64,000 nt of DNA from a virus. Lineage: Duplodnaviria; Caudoviricetes. This document shows positions 49,444 to 57,461 of this stretch, in pieces. Location of the stretch: positions 32,001-96,000 of the IMG/VR virus record IMGVR_UViG_3300006851_000007. The stretch is one strand, 5' to 3'. Under the pieces are notes generated by a model that was given only the letters and a program-made list of their open reading frames with translations, searched no databases and was not told the DNA's origin. Within the stretch, counting starts at the first letter, position 1. Each line of letters begins with the position of its first letter. A program made the translations under genes and the position numbers.

Positions 49444-50616
49444 TTAGCCAGCCCTCTCGTATAATTCTTCCGACGGGTGATGGTATGCATCGGAAGCATT
49501 GTACGACTTGAGGTACTGGTCAAGACTTAGCATGACCATGGGCATGTTAAGCTCCCTTATAAAGTTCGGCACCGCCGAATTGCCCCAACAGGGGTTGCCC
49601 CCAATCCCTATATGGGGGTGTACGGCTGGAACTGTTTCGCCGTCCTCTCCCATGCTCGTGAATGATGTCTCAATATCCATACCAACAGAGTTGGTTCCCA
49701 CAATAACGTTGAATGTGCACGGCTTTATCAGCCACCCCCCCTCATCATCCTCTATAACCCTCTCTGGAATATCAAATCTCAGACGAAGGACTGAGGAGTA
49801 CTGATCTCTTCGTCGATAAAGAGCCCCTGTCAGTGTTATATCTTCCCACCTCAGATCATCTTTTGTTACCTTATAGTCATCTAAGATTAATTGTCGGGAG
49901 AGTAGAGTCTCCCTGTTTCTATATAATGACCCTAATCTGCCCCTTATCACATCTGCATAGTATGAAGCACCGCTTTGTGCGACAGGAACACTTAATCTCA
50001 TGTTCAAGTCATACGTTACGTGTGAAAGAGTTATGGATGGTATTCTGTTGAACCCCAGGTTAGACAGGGTGTCTACAATCTCTTGTAACTCCTCCTCCAT
50101 ATTCAAAGCAGTGGTGAGCAGCGATGATGAGGTTCTTAAATCCTCAATCCTATTGTCGATTGACCGCATTTCATCTCTTACCGACCTGCCGAACAGCTCA
50201 TTCGCATCTCCTGCGAATGCCATTATTTGATTAATAATGAATTGGTCTGGGTCCTCGACAAGGTTTGGAAACATTTCCTCCAAACGGTCTTCAACCCATG
50301 TCTTGATGGTTGGCCTGTAATTATTGACGAGCTCCTCATCGTCAATTTTGGCCAGAATGAAGAATGACCGATTGGCGGTCGTGCATGCCGGTATACCATC
50401 AATGATTAACACCGGCCCACCCTCAAGATCCCTCTTCATTGCTTTGGTGAAATGCCTGTCACCGTTTAGGAAAAGCGGGACACATACCATAACATCGGGA
50501 GTGATCCCCAATGATGTTACACCATCGCTGATAAACCTCGAGCTCCACCTCTCAAACCTCCTACGTACAGGGGATGTGTACGCTTGCAATTCTTCCATAA
50601 TAGCTGTTTCAAGCAT
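49444..50616 (-). CDS. E2/UBC-like protein B with long helical N-terminal region
   Basis: C-terminal VHPHIGIGGNPCWGN..SYNASDAYH, resembling the E2 HPN..C site; Ubl operon context. Confidence 0.6.
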   Translation of the reverse strand: MLETAIMEELQAYTSPVRRRFERWSSRFISDGVTSLGITPDVMVCVPLFLNGDRHFTKAMKRDLEGGPVLIIDGIPACTTANRSFFILAKIDDEELVNNYRPTIKTWVEDRLEEMFPNLVEDPDQFIINQIMAFAGDANELFGRSVRDEMRSIDNRIEDLRTSSSLLTTALNMEEELQEIVDTLSNLGFNRIPSITLSHVTYDLNMRLSVPVAQSGASYYADVIRGRLGSLYRNRETLLSRQLILDDYKVTKDDLRWEDITLTGALYRRRDQYSSVLRLRFDIPERVIEDDEGGWLIKPCTFNVIVGTNSVGMDIETSFTSMGEDGETVPAVHPHIGIGGNPCWGNSAVPNFIRELNMPMVMLSLDQYLKSYNASDAYHHPSEELYERAG

Positions 50617-51266
50617 TAGCCCTCCATACGAATATGGTCATTCGTTTTCGTGTCCATGATTGTGCAAAAGTCGTTCTTCTGCCCGTTCACATAATTAACA
50701 ACCCTGGTCGTAATCATGCTGCCGATGGTCATGGCGGTGGACATGGTTGTCCTGGCTGTACACGGAAGGTTTGCGGTCTCCCCTTCCAGTGACTCTTTGT
50801 ACGCAGATACCGCCCCTCGATCGGTCATGTCCACACAGTAGAGCATCATGGTTGTCAATCCCATTCGACCATCGATAAGAAGATCTACATTTGCATCATA
50901 CTCAATAGCATTGAAGATCTCTCTTCTGGCCTCTAGGGAGTCAACCCCCACGATGACAACCCTTCTGGCCTCCTTACCCCTCTCAAACTTCTCTCTAGCG
51001 ACCTCGATCTGCCCTTCTCCAAAATACGACAGAACATCATTGATGGAATCAACCTTGTGTTTGTTCTTGTGCCTATCCCCAAAGCTCTGATTTGACAGGT
51101 TGTGTTCCTCAACCACATCGTGATCATAAGCTTTGATATTCTTGAATCCTGTCTTAGATAGAGCAAGTATTGTCCAAGAGCCAATACCTCCAGCCCCAAT
51201 GACCGTGATGGGTAATCTTTTTGCTTGATCCGTGGGGATGTAGTCCTGTTGTCTAAGATATCTCAT
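50616..51266 (-). CDS. E1-like ThiF/MoeB-family adenylyltransferase
   Basis: RYLRQ, VIGAGGIG, DHDVVEEHNLSNQ, KVD, VGVDS..AR, IDGRMG, putative catalytic Cys in LPCTAR. Confidence 0.92.
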   Translation of the reverse strand: MRYLRQQDYIPTDQAKRLPITVIGAGGIGSWTILALSKTGFKNIKAYDHDVVEEHNLSNQSFGDRHKNKHKVDSINDVLSYFGEGQIEVAREKFERGKEARRVVIVGVDSLEARREIFNAIEYDANVDLLIDGRMGLTTMMLYCVDMTDRGAVSAYKESLEGETANLPCTARTTMSTAMTIGSMITTRVVNYVNGQKNDFCTIMDTKTNDHIRMEG

Positions 51267-51279
51267 TAGTTACTCCTTA

Positions 51280-52389
51280 TTATTCATAGATCCATGAATT
51301 AGACATGTAGAAATCATCAGAAAGATAGGCGTCCCAATAATAATGCGGAGGCTCCTCGTTGGCCGTCTCGATGTCTGCCAGGTCTACATCCACAAGAGTG
51401 CACGCATCCATAACCAGCTCCCACCTCCGCCTGTTTCGGACTGTTATGTCAAACTTTGACAGGCCTACACCCTCCAAGCACACATCTTCCTGGTAACCCC
51501 CTTCGGCCCAGGATGCCATATCTTTAATAAACTCAATCCTTTTGCTGAGGTTTCCATTTGAAGTCCCCCCCTCATCCTCAATGTCTTTCACTATTGAGGC
51601 GACTATATCCTCCTGGATCGATATACTTTCATCAAACTCCGTCTCAATTTCAGCAGACATGATCCAGTCAAAATCCTGGAGAGTGACTTCTTTTTTTTTA
51701 GAAGACGATCTCTTGTTCCTCCTGTTCCTCCTGGAGTGCAACCTCCCGTGCTTTCCTGCGGTCACTTTTCTCACCGCAGGCTTCTTCACGACCACCTTCT
51801 TTTTGTACTCGGCCTCACAGTGGCCTAGGGTATCAAACGCAATATCCAGCATCCTGATGACCTCTTTCTTCACCTCATCTCTCGGCAAGTCGTTAAACTT
51901 TTTGATGAGATCAATCACAGAGGTGATGCTTGTCAGCCCGTCAGGAACAATCTCAATTTCTATATTGTCCTGCTTGAGCTGATAGGGGGTGGAAAATGAG
52001 TCCACCCTCGTCCTGACTTCACCCTTTTTGTTGAACACGGACGAGACAAGGTAAGGATTCCCCCGGATGGTACGGATAGCCTCCTCGTCGGTAGCGGACC
52101 AGAACACATCCATATCAACATGTGAGTGCCACCACAGCCTCAGCTCTCCCAGCTCCTCCTCCCTGTCTGATAGCTCATCCATCAAATGAGCAGTCGCAAG
52201 GGCATCAATTTCTGTGGTTACAGAGGTCACCTCCTGTTCAAGGAGGAAAGCGTCAGTTACCACGAAATGGTCGTCAACAATCTTGACCGTTCCGTAGCCG
52301 CTTATTTCCTTGGGGCATAGTTGTACCCATTGTTGAATCTTCGAGTACGCTCTATCTGTATATCTGACAGGCTTCATTATTACTCCCAC
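51280..52389 (-). CDS. JAB/MPN+ (JAMM) metallo-isopeptidase with C-terminal extension
   Basis: EISGYG, then HSH-VDMDVFW-S-AT-D, an exact H-x-H-x7-S-x2-D match. Confidence 0.92.
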   Translation of the reverse strand: MGVIMKPVRYTDRAYSKIQQWVQLCPKEISGYGTVKIVDDHFVVTDAFLLEQEVTSVTTEIDALATAHLMDELSDREEELGELRLWWHSHVDMDVFWSATDEEAIRTIRGNPYLVSSVFNKKGEVRTRVDSFSTPYQLKQDNIEIEIVPDGLTSITSVIDLIKKFNDLPRDEVKKEVIRMLDIAFDTLGHCEAEYKKKVVVKKPAVRKVTAGKHGRLHSRRNRRNKRSSSKKKEVTLQDFDWIMSAEIETEFDESISIQEDIVASIVKDIEDEGGTSNGNLSKRIEFIKDMASWAEGGYQEDVCLEGVGLSKFDITVRNRRRWELVMDACTLVDVDLADIETANEEPPHYYWDAYLSDDFYMSNSWIYE

Positions 52390-53285
52390 TCAACCTGGTT
52401 CATTGACTCTGCTACTTCCAAATTTGTGTGGTAACTATCGTCCTCATTATATGAAGATGTTACCTGACTCAGGATAAACCCAATCCCCATAATATCGAAC
52501 CTGGTGACACATTCATTAAAGGCCCCACGCATATTCCCCAGGCACATTTCGGAATACCCAACCTCTGGGTGGTAGGTCGATGCGTGAGGATGAAATGCAC
52601 ACGATACTGCTGGACTCATCCCCTCTAACACCGGCGAGGCTGTCAGGTACCACACACCATCGGCGTTCAGCCCGACAGCATACTTAATGCTGTACTCATC
52701 ACCCTCGTACTCTGGTGGGCGGTATCGAACCACAAACTCCATTTCCGAACCGCGCATATTAAAATCCAGAATCGCACCACTATCGATAAGTTGTGCGACA
52801 CCTCTAAACATCCCTATAAAATCATCAGGAGCGACAAACTCACTCAAGTTTCTCACTCTTCTCTCTGCTTCGACCTTATAATCCTCAGTACGAAGGATAA
52901 GCCTCCTGAGGTCCCCTGCATTGAGGGCGATTAGAGTCTCATAGATACTATCCACACTCGATGACCCCTCACCGCCCGTGGGTGAGTCCTCTGTGCTGTC
53001 CATTAGGGTGTCTAGAATATCTTTGATTTTTGCGTAGAATGCTGGATGGGCATTATCCTCGTGATCCACATTAGCCAGCATTATCGTTTTCTCTTCACGT
53101 ATATAGAGAACCCCCTCGTCATCAGTGAACCGGTCATCGACGTTGGTAGGTCCCTCTACAGCCACCAACACCTCCCACTGATCCGTAGAAGGGTCGCTCG
53201 GAAAGTAGTTGGTTCTTAAAATCCTGCCACCTACAGGCTCCATGCGGGAGAGTAGGGCATCCTCGAGTCCTGGTACAATAAACAT
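52380..53285 (-). CDS. E2/UBC-like protein A
   Basis: FHPHAS..EMCLGN..SYNEDDSYH; C-terminus paralogous to 49444-50616. Confidence 0.6.
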   Translation of the reverse strand: MFIVPGLEDALLSRMEPVGGRILRTNYFPSDPSTDQWEVLVAVEGPTNVDDRFTDDEGVLYIREEKTIMLANVDHEDNAHPAFYAKIKDILDTLMDSTEDSPTGGEGSSSVDSIYETLIALNAGDLRRLILRTEDYKVEAERRVRNLSEFVAPDDFIGMFRGVAQLIDSGAILDFNMRGSEMEFVVRYRPPEYEGDEYSIKYAVGLNADGVWYLTASPVLEGMSPAVSCAFHPHASTYHPEVGYSEMCLGNMRGAFNECVTRFDIMGIGFILSQVTSSYNEDDSYHTNLEVAESMNQVEWE

Positions 53286-53296
53286 TCTAATCCTTT

Positions 53297-53321
53297 AAAA
53301 AAAACGGGCGCCGAAGCGCCC
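53297..53321 (-). terminator. intrinsic terminator between the Ubl gene and the enzyme genes
   Basis: Minus strand GGGCGC-TTCG-GCGCCC followed by G and eight T. Confidence 0.85.
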
Positions 53322-53349
53322 TAACCGCTACCCGTTAATCATCTACTAC

Positions 53350-53760
53350 TTACTGGCCACCCTCGACGTTCGGAGCCAGAATGATGTTATCCCCGTTTTG
53401 TAGAACCTCACCTAGGGAGGCCTCCCTACCGTTTAGAAAAACCCGAGACCCGTCCGGCTCGTGTCGGCCGAGGAGGTCCCCGAGGATCTCACCTCTTTGG
53501 AATACTACTTTCTCTTGCCCCCTCCCCAGGCGGGACAGGGTGGCCGTAAGCTCTTCTGATCCACCCTTCACGTTTGACACGATCGTGATCGTGTCTCCGT
53601 GTGCCACCTGAGCATCAAGGCTTACTTGCGCCCTCTCCCTGGTGACGATGCACCCTTCAGCTGAGAATCCGGACGCTCGGACTGCGTCCAGGACCGTGCT
53701 TCCCTCGGGGAGATTAACTGTGGTCGAGCCCTGTCCAATCTTTCTTACATCAAGCTTCAT
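53350..53760 (-). CDS. tandem ubiquitin-like (beta-grasp, ThiS/MoaD-like) precursor
   Basis: Two ~67-aa domains ending HGDTITIVSNVKGG and NGDNIILAPNVEGG-Q; GGAGG 6 nt before ATG 53760. Confidence 0.88.
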   Translation of the reverse strand: MKLDVRKIGQGSTTVNLPEGSTVLDAVRASGFSAEGCIVTRERAQVSLDAQVAHGDTITIVSNVKGGSEELTATLSRLGRGQEKVVFQRGEILGDLLGRHEPDGSRVFLNGREASLGEVLQNGDNIILAPNVEGGQ

Positions 53761-53815
53761 ATACATCCTCCATATGGATAAAATACGAGCAACACCCTAT
53801 GTGCCGCTCGTGAAT

Positions 53816-53845
53816 ATTATACCGTTATTTTTGATTAAATTTAGC
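53816..53845 (-). promoter_or_regulatory. GCTAAAT-class promoter of the Ubl operon
   Basis: GCTAAATTTAATCAAAAATAACGGTATAAT. Confidence 0.75.
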
Positions 53846-54499
53846 CTTCCCGGTGCCGTGCACCCTAAAGGCTACTACCGAGCTGCGATTCTTTCTAAAG
53901 CACAGCATGCATTCAGAGCATGAGATACCATGCGTCTGGTTAGGACAAACAACAAGCCTGGCATTTTTGCCATTAATATTAATCACGCCAGATTCAAAGT
54001 CTTCGTCGACCACGGTCGTGGCAGGCCACCCTGAGTTGACAGCATTTATGACCTCTTCTTTTGAATCGCACGAAGCATTCACGCAGAGGGATTTTTCGGC
54101 ATTCATCTTTTTAGAATCCAGCCTCTCCCAGGCGTGGGTGTATGTCCACCCTTTAAGGTCTGGTCTTTCTGAGTGTGCCTTTAGTACTGAGTCTATATAG
54201 TTAGTATCAATCATATCTCCAGGCTTCATAAAGTCGCCAGAAACATGATGTCTGAGCTTCTTACCTTCAGGCAAATTAGTAACATAGTCGTAAATAATGT
54301 CAGCATCACTCCTGCTATATTCTGACACTTTTGCGTGCATATTCACAAACGAGTATAAGGCGTAACAGCTCCTATTTTGCAGGTGTTCACAGGATTGTGG
54401 ACACGTGGGTCCAACCTCTCTGTATGTCGCTCTCACACCCCTACCGAGCTTGCGGTTGCCCGAATCCCTCTCAAGACATTTAATCATCTCTTCCTCCAA
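53825..54499 (-). CDS. Cys-rich hypothetical protein (possible Fe-S/metal-binding enzyme)
   Basis: CPQSC..CYA, RHHVSGDF, WTYTH, CPNQ..CSECMLC. Confidence 0.6.
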   Translation of the reverse strand: MEEEMIKCLERDSGNRKLGRGVRATYREVGPTCPQSCEHLQNRSCYALYSFVNMHAKVSEYSRSDADIIYDYVTNLPEGKKLRHHVSGDFMKPGDMIDTNYIDSVLKAHSERPDLKGWTYTHAWERLDSKKMNAEKSLCVNASCDSKEEVINAVNSGWPATTVVDEDFESGVININGKNARLVVCPNQTHGISCSECMLCFRKNRSSVVAFRVHGTGKAKFNQK

Positions 54500-54744
54500 A
54501 TCTCGAGGATGTCCTTAAATAAGGACGTTAGATCAATGTCTTGTGAGGTATTAAGCTTAATATCCCCCTCCGCTGTTCTGCGGAAATCAAAGTCAAGATT
54601 AGTATATCTTCCCAGGACATAGCCTATCTTTAGGAATGGGTGTCTTTCTTCAGGGATGTCCCTTATACCCTCCCTAAATCTATCCCACTCCTCATCCGGG
54701 ATGATCTCTGCTTCCAGATGTTTCAGATCTTCTAGTTTTTTCAT
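54484..54744 (-). CDS. hypothetical protein
   Basis: Coupled ORF. Confidence 0.6.
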   Translation of the reverse strand: MKKLEDLKHLEAEIIPDEEWDRFREGIRDIPEERHPFLKIGYVLGRYTNLDFDFRRTAEGDIKLNTSQDIDLTSLFKDILEIWRKR

Positions 54745-55157
54745 GTAGTGCTTGCCATATGTATCGCCTCATCCCAGGTGGGCAGCAACATATGGTAAGC
54801 GCCGACATCATCTCCGACTTGGAAGATCTTGATACCGATTTCGACCAAAGCATCGTACTGCTCCCTGCTGAATGCGATGTTGGTTATAATGGCTCTTGTT
54901 CTGCTGTTGCAAGCCACAAGAGCTCTCGTCGGGCTCTCGAACCACTCCACATCTAGCCAAGCAGGACGGTCGGTCTCTAATGAACATCCAATTATATGAT
55001 AAATATCCTCGCATACGGGCAGGCCGTTGCGAGCCACGAATTCCAATAAAACGTCTCGATGATATCCATACGGACACCTATGAACTCCTAAAGAATGAAG
55101 ACCAGTAACTGTACACTGTAGTAATCTTGCAGCTTCGGTGTCGCTTAAGAACCCCAT
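54741..55157 (-). CDS. hypothetical protein with possible N-terminal excisionase/MerR-like HTH
   Basis: FLSDTEAARLLQCT..YHRDVLLEF. Confidence 0.45.
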   Translation of the reverse strand: MGFLSDTEAARLLQCTVTGLHSLGVHRCPYGYHRDVLLEFVARNGLPVCEDIYHIIGCSLETDRPAWLDVEWFESPTRALVACNSRTRAIITNIAFSREQYDALVEIGIKIFQVGDDVGAYHMLLPTWDEAIHMASTT

Positions 55158-55753
55158 ATGATAAACTCCTGCTGATAAGGTATCTTCCTCATCTCTCGCC
55201 TGAGGTTATCAAAATACTCAATCCAAAGCCACACCATCTCTTTTGACCATCCAAGGTCAATGAGATACTGCCCTCCTAACTTTTGGTAAATTTCCCACTC
55301 AATCTTCGAGGAGATTCTTGCTATAGCCCTGTCAATATCTTTTATGATGACTCTGACAAAGCCATCTCCCCTCCAATCGTCCTTTATGTCACATACCACT
55401 CCTCCCATTTTGGCAATATTGGCCATAGCCTTAGATAGCTCACCTTTAGAGAAAGTGTGGAATTTCACATGATCCCATTCACTAACCTCCACTGCTATAC
55501 CTCCGCTACCTTCAGGCTCCCATCCGTACTCCATCATAATTAATCTTGCTACAGTTCTCCCGTAGCTGTTAAGCCTGTAAAGCATAACTTCGTTTCCCAG
55601 GACATCCCTATGAATAGACTCGTCTAAGAATTGCCTGATGCTACCCATACCCCTTTTTCTGCGGTCAATTTTTAATTTGTGCCACCCTCCTTCCATAAAC
55701 AGGTTTACTATGACCTCTTTATAGGGTATGTTAGAAGTTAGCTTTTGACTCAT
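55145..55753 (-). CDS. hypothetical protein
   Basis: 202-aa ORF; TATAAT 4 nt upstream of ATG, possibly leaderless. Confidence 0.6.
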   Translation of the reverse strand: MSQKLTSNIPYKEVIVNLFMEGGWHKLKIDRRKRGMGSIRQFLDESIHRDVLGNEVMLYRLNSYGRTVARLIMMEYGWEPEGSGGIAVEVSEWDHVKFHTFSKGELSKAMANIAKMGGVVCDIKDDWRGDGFVRVIIKDIDRAIARISSKIEWEIYQKLGGQYLIDLGWSKEMVWLWIEYFDNLRREMRKIPYQQEFIIWGS

Positions 55754-55757
55754 GATA

Positions 55758-55787
55758 ATTATACCTCAAATAAGAAGGATTTTTACC
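55758..55787 (-). promoter_or_regulatory. variant GCTAAAT-class promoter
   Basis: GGTAAAAATCCTTCTTATTTGAGGTATAAT, same spacing as 53845 and 57491. Confidence 0.55.
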
Positions 55788-55788
55788 T

Positions 55789-56361
55789 ATGAAAAGAGAA
55801 GAGTTAGACAAAATAGCCGAGGACCTCTCATATGAAGAGATCAATTACATTATGTTAAAAAAGGGTAACGACTATCTCACTCTAGCAAGAGAGAAGGTGG
55901 AACAGCAGTGTCCCAGCCATGAAGATGTTATAGCACAGCTGAGTGAAAAGCAATATGTTGAATCGTTGATTGAAATCACCCCAACCCTTAAAGCGAAATT
56001 CAGAACATTAACCCCAGCATCTTTTGACGAATCTCTCGCCTTCGCGTCAAGTGTTGCAGACGGCAGACTGTCGTACGAAAGAGTGCTGGCTAGAAGGAGA
56101 TTGTCTTACGCTCTTATTGAACTTAACGGAAGAAAAGCCTGTCCCAGAGGTATACCTAATGGATCCTATCATGACTACGCTATGGAGGTTGGTCATGATC
56201 AGCTTATGAAGGATCTAAAAGAGTATGCAGATGAAAACTACAAACTTCTGGGCAGTAATGGTCTTGCGGACAAACTCTCGGAGACTTTTGGTCTGTGGGA
56301 AGAGGTCATCAGCAACAGGCTTAACGGGATCGGCGATGTTGGAGATATACTAAAAAACTAA
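55789..56361 (+). CDS. tail assembly chaperone (gpG-like)
   Basis: Ends in slippery A-AAA-AAC before TAA; upstream of the tape measure. Confidence 0.7.
   Translation: MKREELDKIAEDLSYEEINYIMLKKGNDYLTLAREKVEQQCPSHEDVIAQLSEKQYVESLIEITPTLKAKFRTLTPASFDESLAFASSVADGRLSYERVLARRRLSYALIELNGRKACPRGIPNGSYHDYAMEVGHDQLMKDLKEYADENYKLLGSNGLADKLSETFGLWEEVISNRLNGIGDVGDILKN
56352..56358 (+). other. programmed -1 ribosomal frameshift site
   Basis: A AAA AAC; the -1 frame is open from 56358 and in frame with ORF 56397-56666. Confidence 0.75.
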
Positions 56362-56666
56362 ATAAGGATATTTACCATCGAAGTGTATCCTCTCTTATGG
56401 CAAGAGGAATACCTTTGACAGACCCAATTCGGAGGGCCAGGTTAATATCCTACGAAATTCATAATTCCGAAATTGAATTTGTCAGAACACTGCTTCTTGT
56501 TAGTGCCATGCTTGGGAAGGAGAACACCGGAAAGCTTCTTGAAGAGTATGAAAACCTCATGTTTAACACAAAGAAGTCAAAGGAGTCTGCTATCAGAGCT
56601 AATGAAGACCTTCTCAAGAGGGAGGCAGAAAGGGTTTACGAGATAACAAAAATATTAGATGACTAA
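56358..56666 (+). CDS. frameshift extension of the tail chaperone (gpGT-like)
   Basis: Stop-free LNKDIYHRSVSSL-MARGIP.. in the -1 frame. Confidence 0.65.
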   Translation, partial: LNKDIYHRSVSSLMARGIPLTDPIRRARLISYEIHNSEIEFVRTLLLVSAMLGKENTGKLLEEYENLMFNTKKSKESAIRANEDLLKREAERVYEITKILDD

Positions 56667-56691
56667 AAAAAAGGCCCCTCGGGGCCTTTTG
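56665..56691. terminator. bidirectional intrinsic terminator
   Basis: AAAAGGCCCC-TC-GGGGCCTTTT between convergent genes. Confidence 0.85.
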
Positions 56692-56693
56692 TT

Positions 56694-57029
56694 TTAATTG
56701 AAAGTTTTATGATCCATGTGCCTGTGGATCATAGAGATCAACTCCAGGTCTGGACTGATTTCATCTACACTGGGAGACCTCATTGAGGGTTTCGCATCAT
56801 CTAAAGCTCTGGACAATCTTTTTGAATTCTTTCTCTCCGCCTCATACAGGCGGGCGAATATAACCCCACCCCCCACAATACCCGATATAAAAGCCGATAT
56901 CGACGCTAAAATATAAAACTCGCGGAAAAAACACTCCGCGGAAATAACCACCAAAATAAACATTATCGGATAGTTGATCACATCTTTGTATCCGAATTTG
57001 TTTCTAAAAAAATTTACAACCTTCTTCAT
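56694..57029 (-). CDS. small membrane protein (2 TM)
   Basis: YPIMFILVVISAECFF and ILASISAFISGIVGGGVIFA; AAGGAAGG RBS. Confidence 0.65.
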   Translation of the reverse strand: MKKVVNFFRNKFGYKDVINYPIMFILVVISAECFFREFYILASISAFISGIVGGGVIFARLYEAERKNSKRLSRALDDAKPSMRSPSVDEISPDLELISMIHRHMDHKTFN

Positions 57030-57054
57030 AACCCTTCCTTTTGGTGATGAGAAT

Positions 57055-57107
57055 GCCAGGCGCCCCAATTAGGAGAGAGATGTATATATGTATACGGGGC
57101 GCCTGGC
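57055..57107. repeat. 12-bp perfect inverted repeat with 29-nt loop
   Basis: GCCAGGCGCCCC / GGGGCGCCTGGC. Confidence 0.85.
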
Positions 57108-57136
57108 TACCTGTGTTTCCACAGGATGCTTAATTA

Positions 57137-57210
57137 TCGGAATGGCAGGACTCGAACCTGCGACCTGCGGATTAGGAATCCGCCGCTCTATCCTGCTGAG
57201 CTACATCCCG
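57137..57210 (-). tRNA. tRNA-Arg (anticodon CCU), CCA not encoded
   Basis: CGGGATG/CATTCCG acceptor stem, GCGGA-TTCCTAA-TCCGC, GGTTCGAGTCC. Confidence 0.93.
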
Positions 57211-57285
57211 TGGTGGACCTACCCGGACTCGAACCGAGACATGACCTGTTATGAGCAGGTGGCTCTACCATTGAGCTATAGGTCC
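57211..57285 (-). tRNA. tRNA with anticodon CAU, most like Ile2 (lysidine), otherwise elongator Met; CCA encoded
   Basis: GGACCTA/TAGGTCC-ACCA, ACCTG-CTCATAA-CAGGT; paired 1:72 and no 3 G-C anticodon stem, so not initiator. Confidence 0.9.
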
Positions 57286-57354
57286 AGATAGAGGAGGTTT
57301 TGGTGGCCGCGCCAACAGTCACTGTCTGCCTCCTCTCTCACCCTTCAGGGTGAA

Positions 57355-57428
<74 letters not shown>

Positions 57429-57461
57429 ATAGAGAAGTTTTCACTTCTCCTGGGTGCTAAT

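Noticed and set aside
50616-53760. ThiF plus ThiS/MoaD as thiamine or molybdopterin biosynthesis genes
   Set aside because: No ThiG, MoaE, cysteine desulfurase or rhodanese in the window; E2-like genes and a tandem blocked Ubl fit protein conjugation better
57211-57285. Initiator tRNA-fMet
   Set aside because: G1:C72 is paired and the anticodon stem lacks three consecutive G-C pairs
57088-57291. 67-aa + strand ORF with apparent RBS
   Set aside because: It is the antisense reading of two tRNA genes
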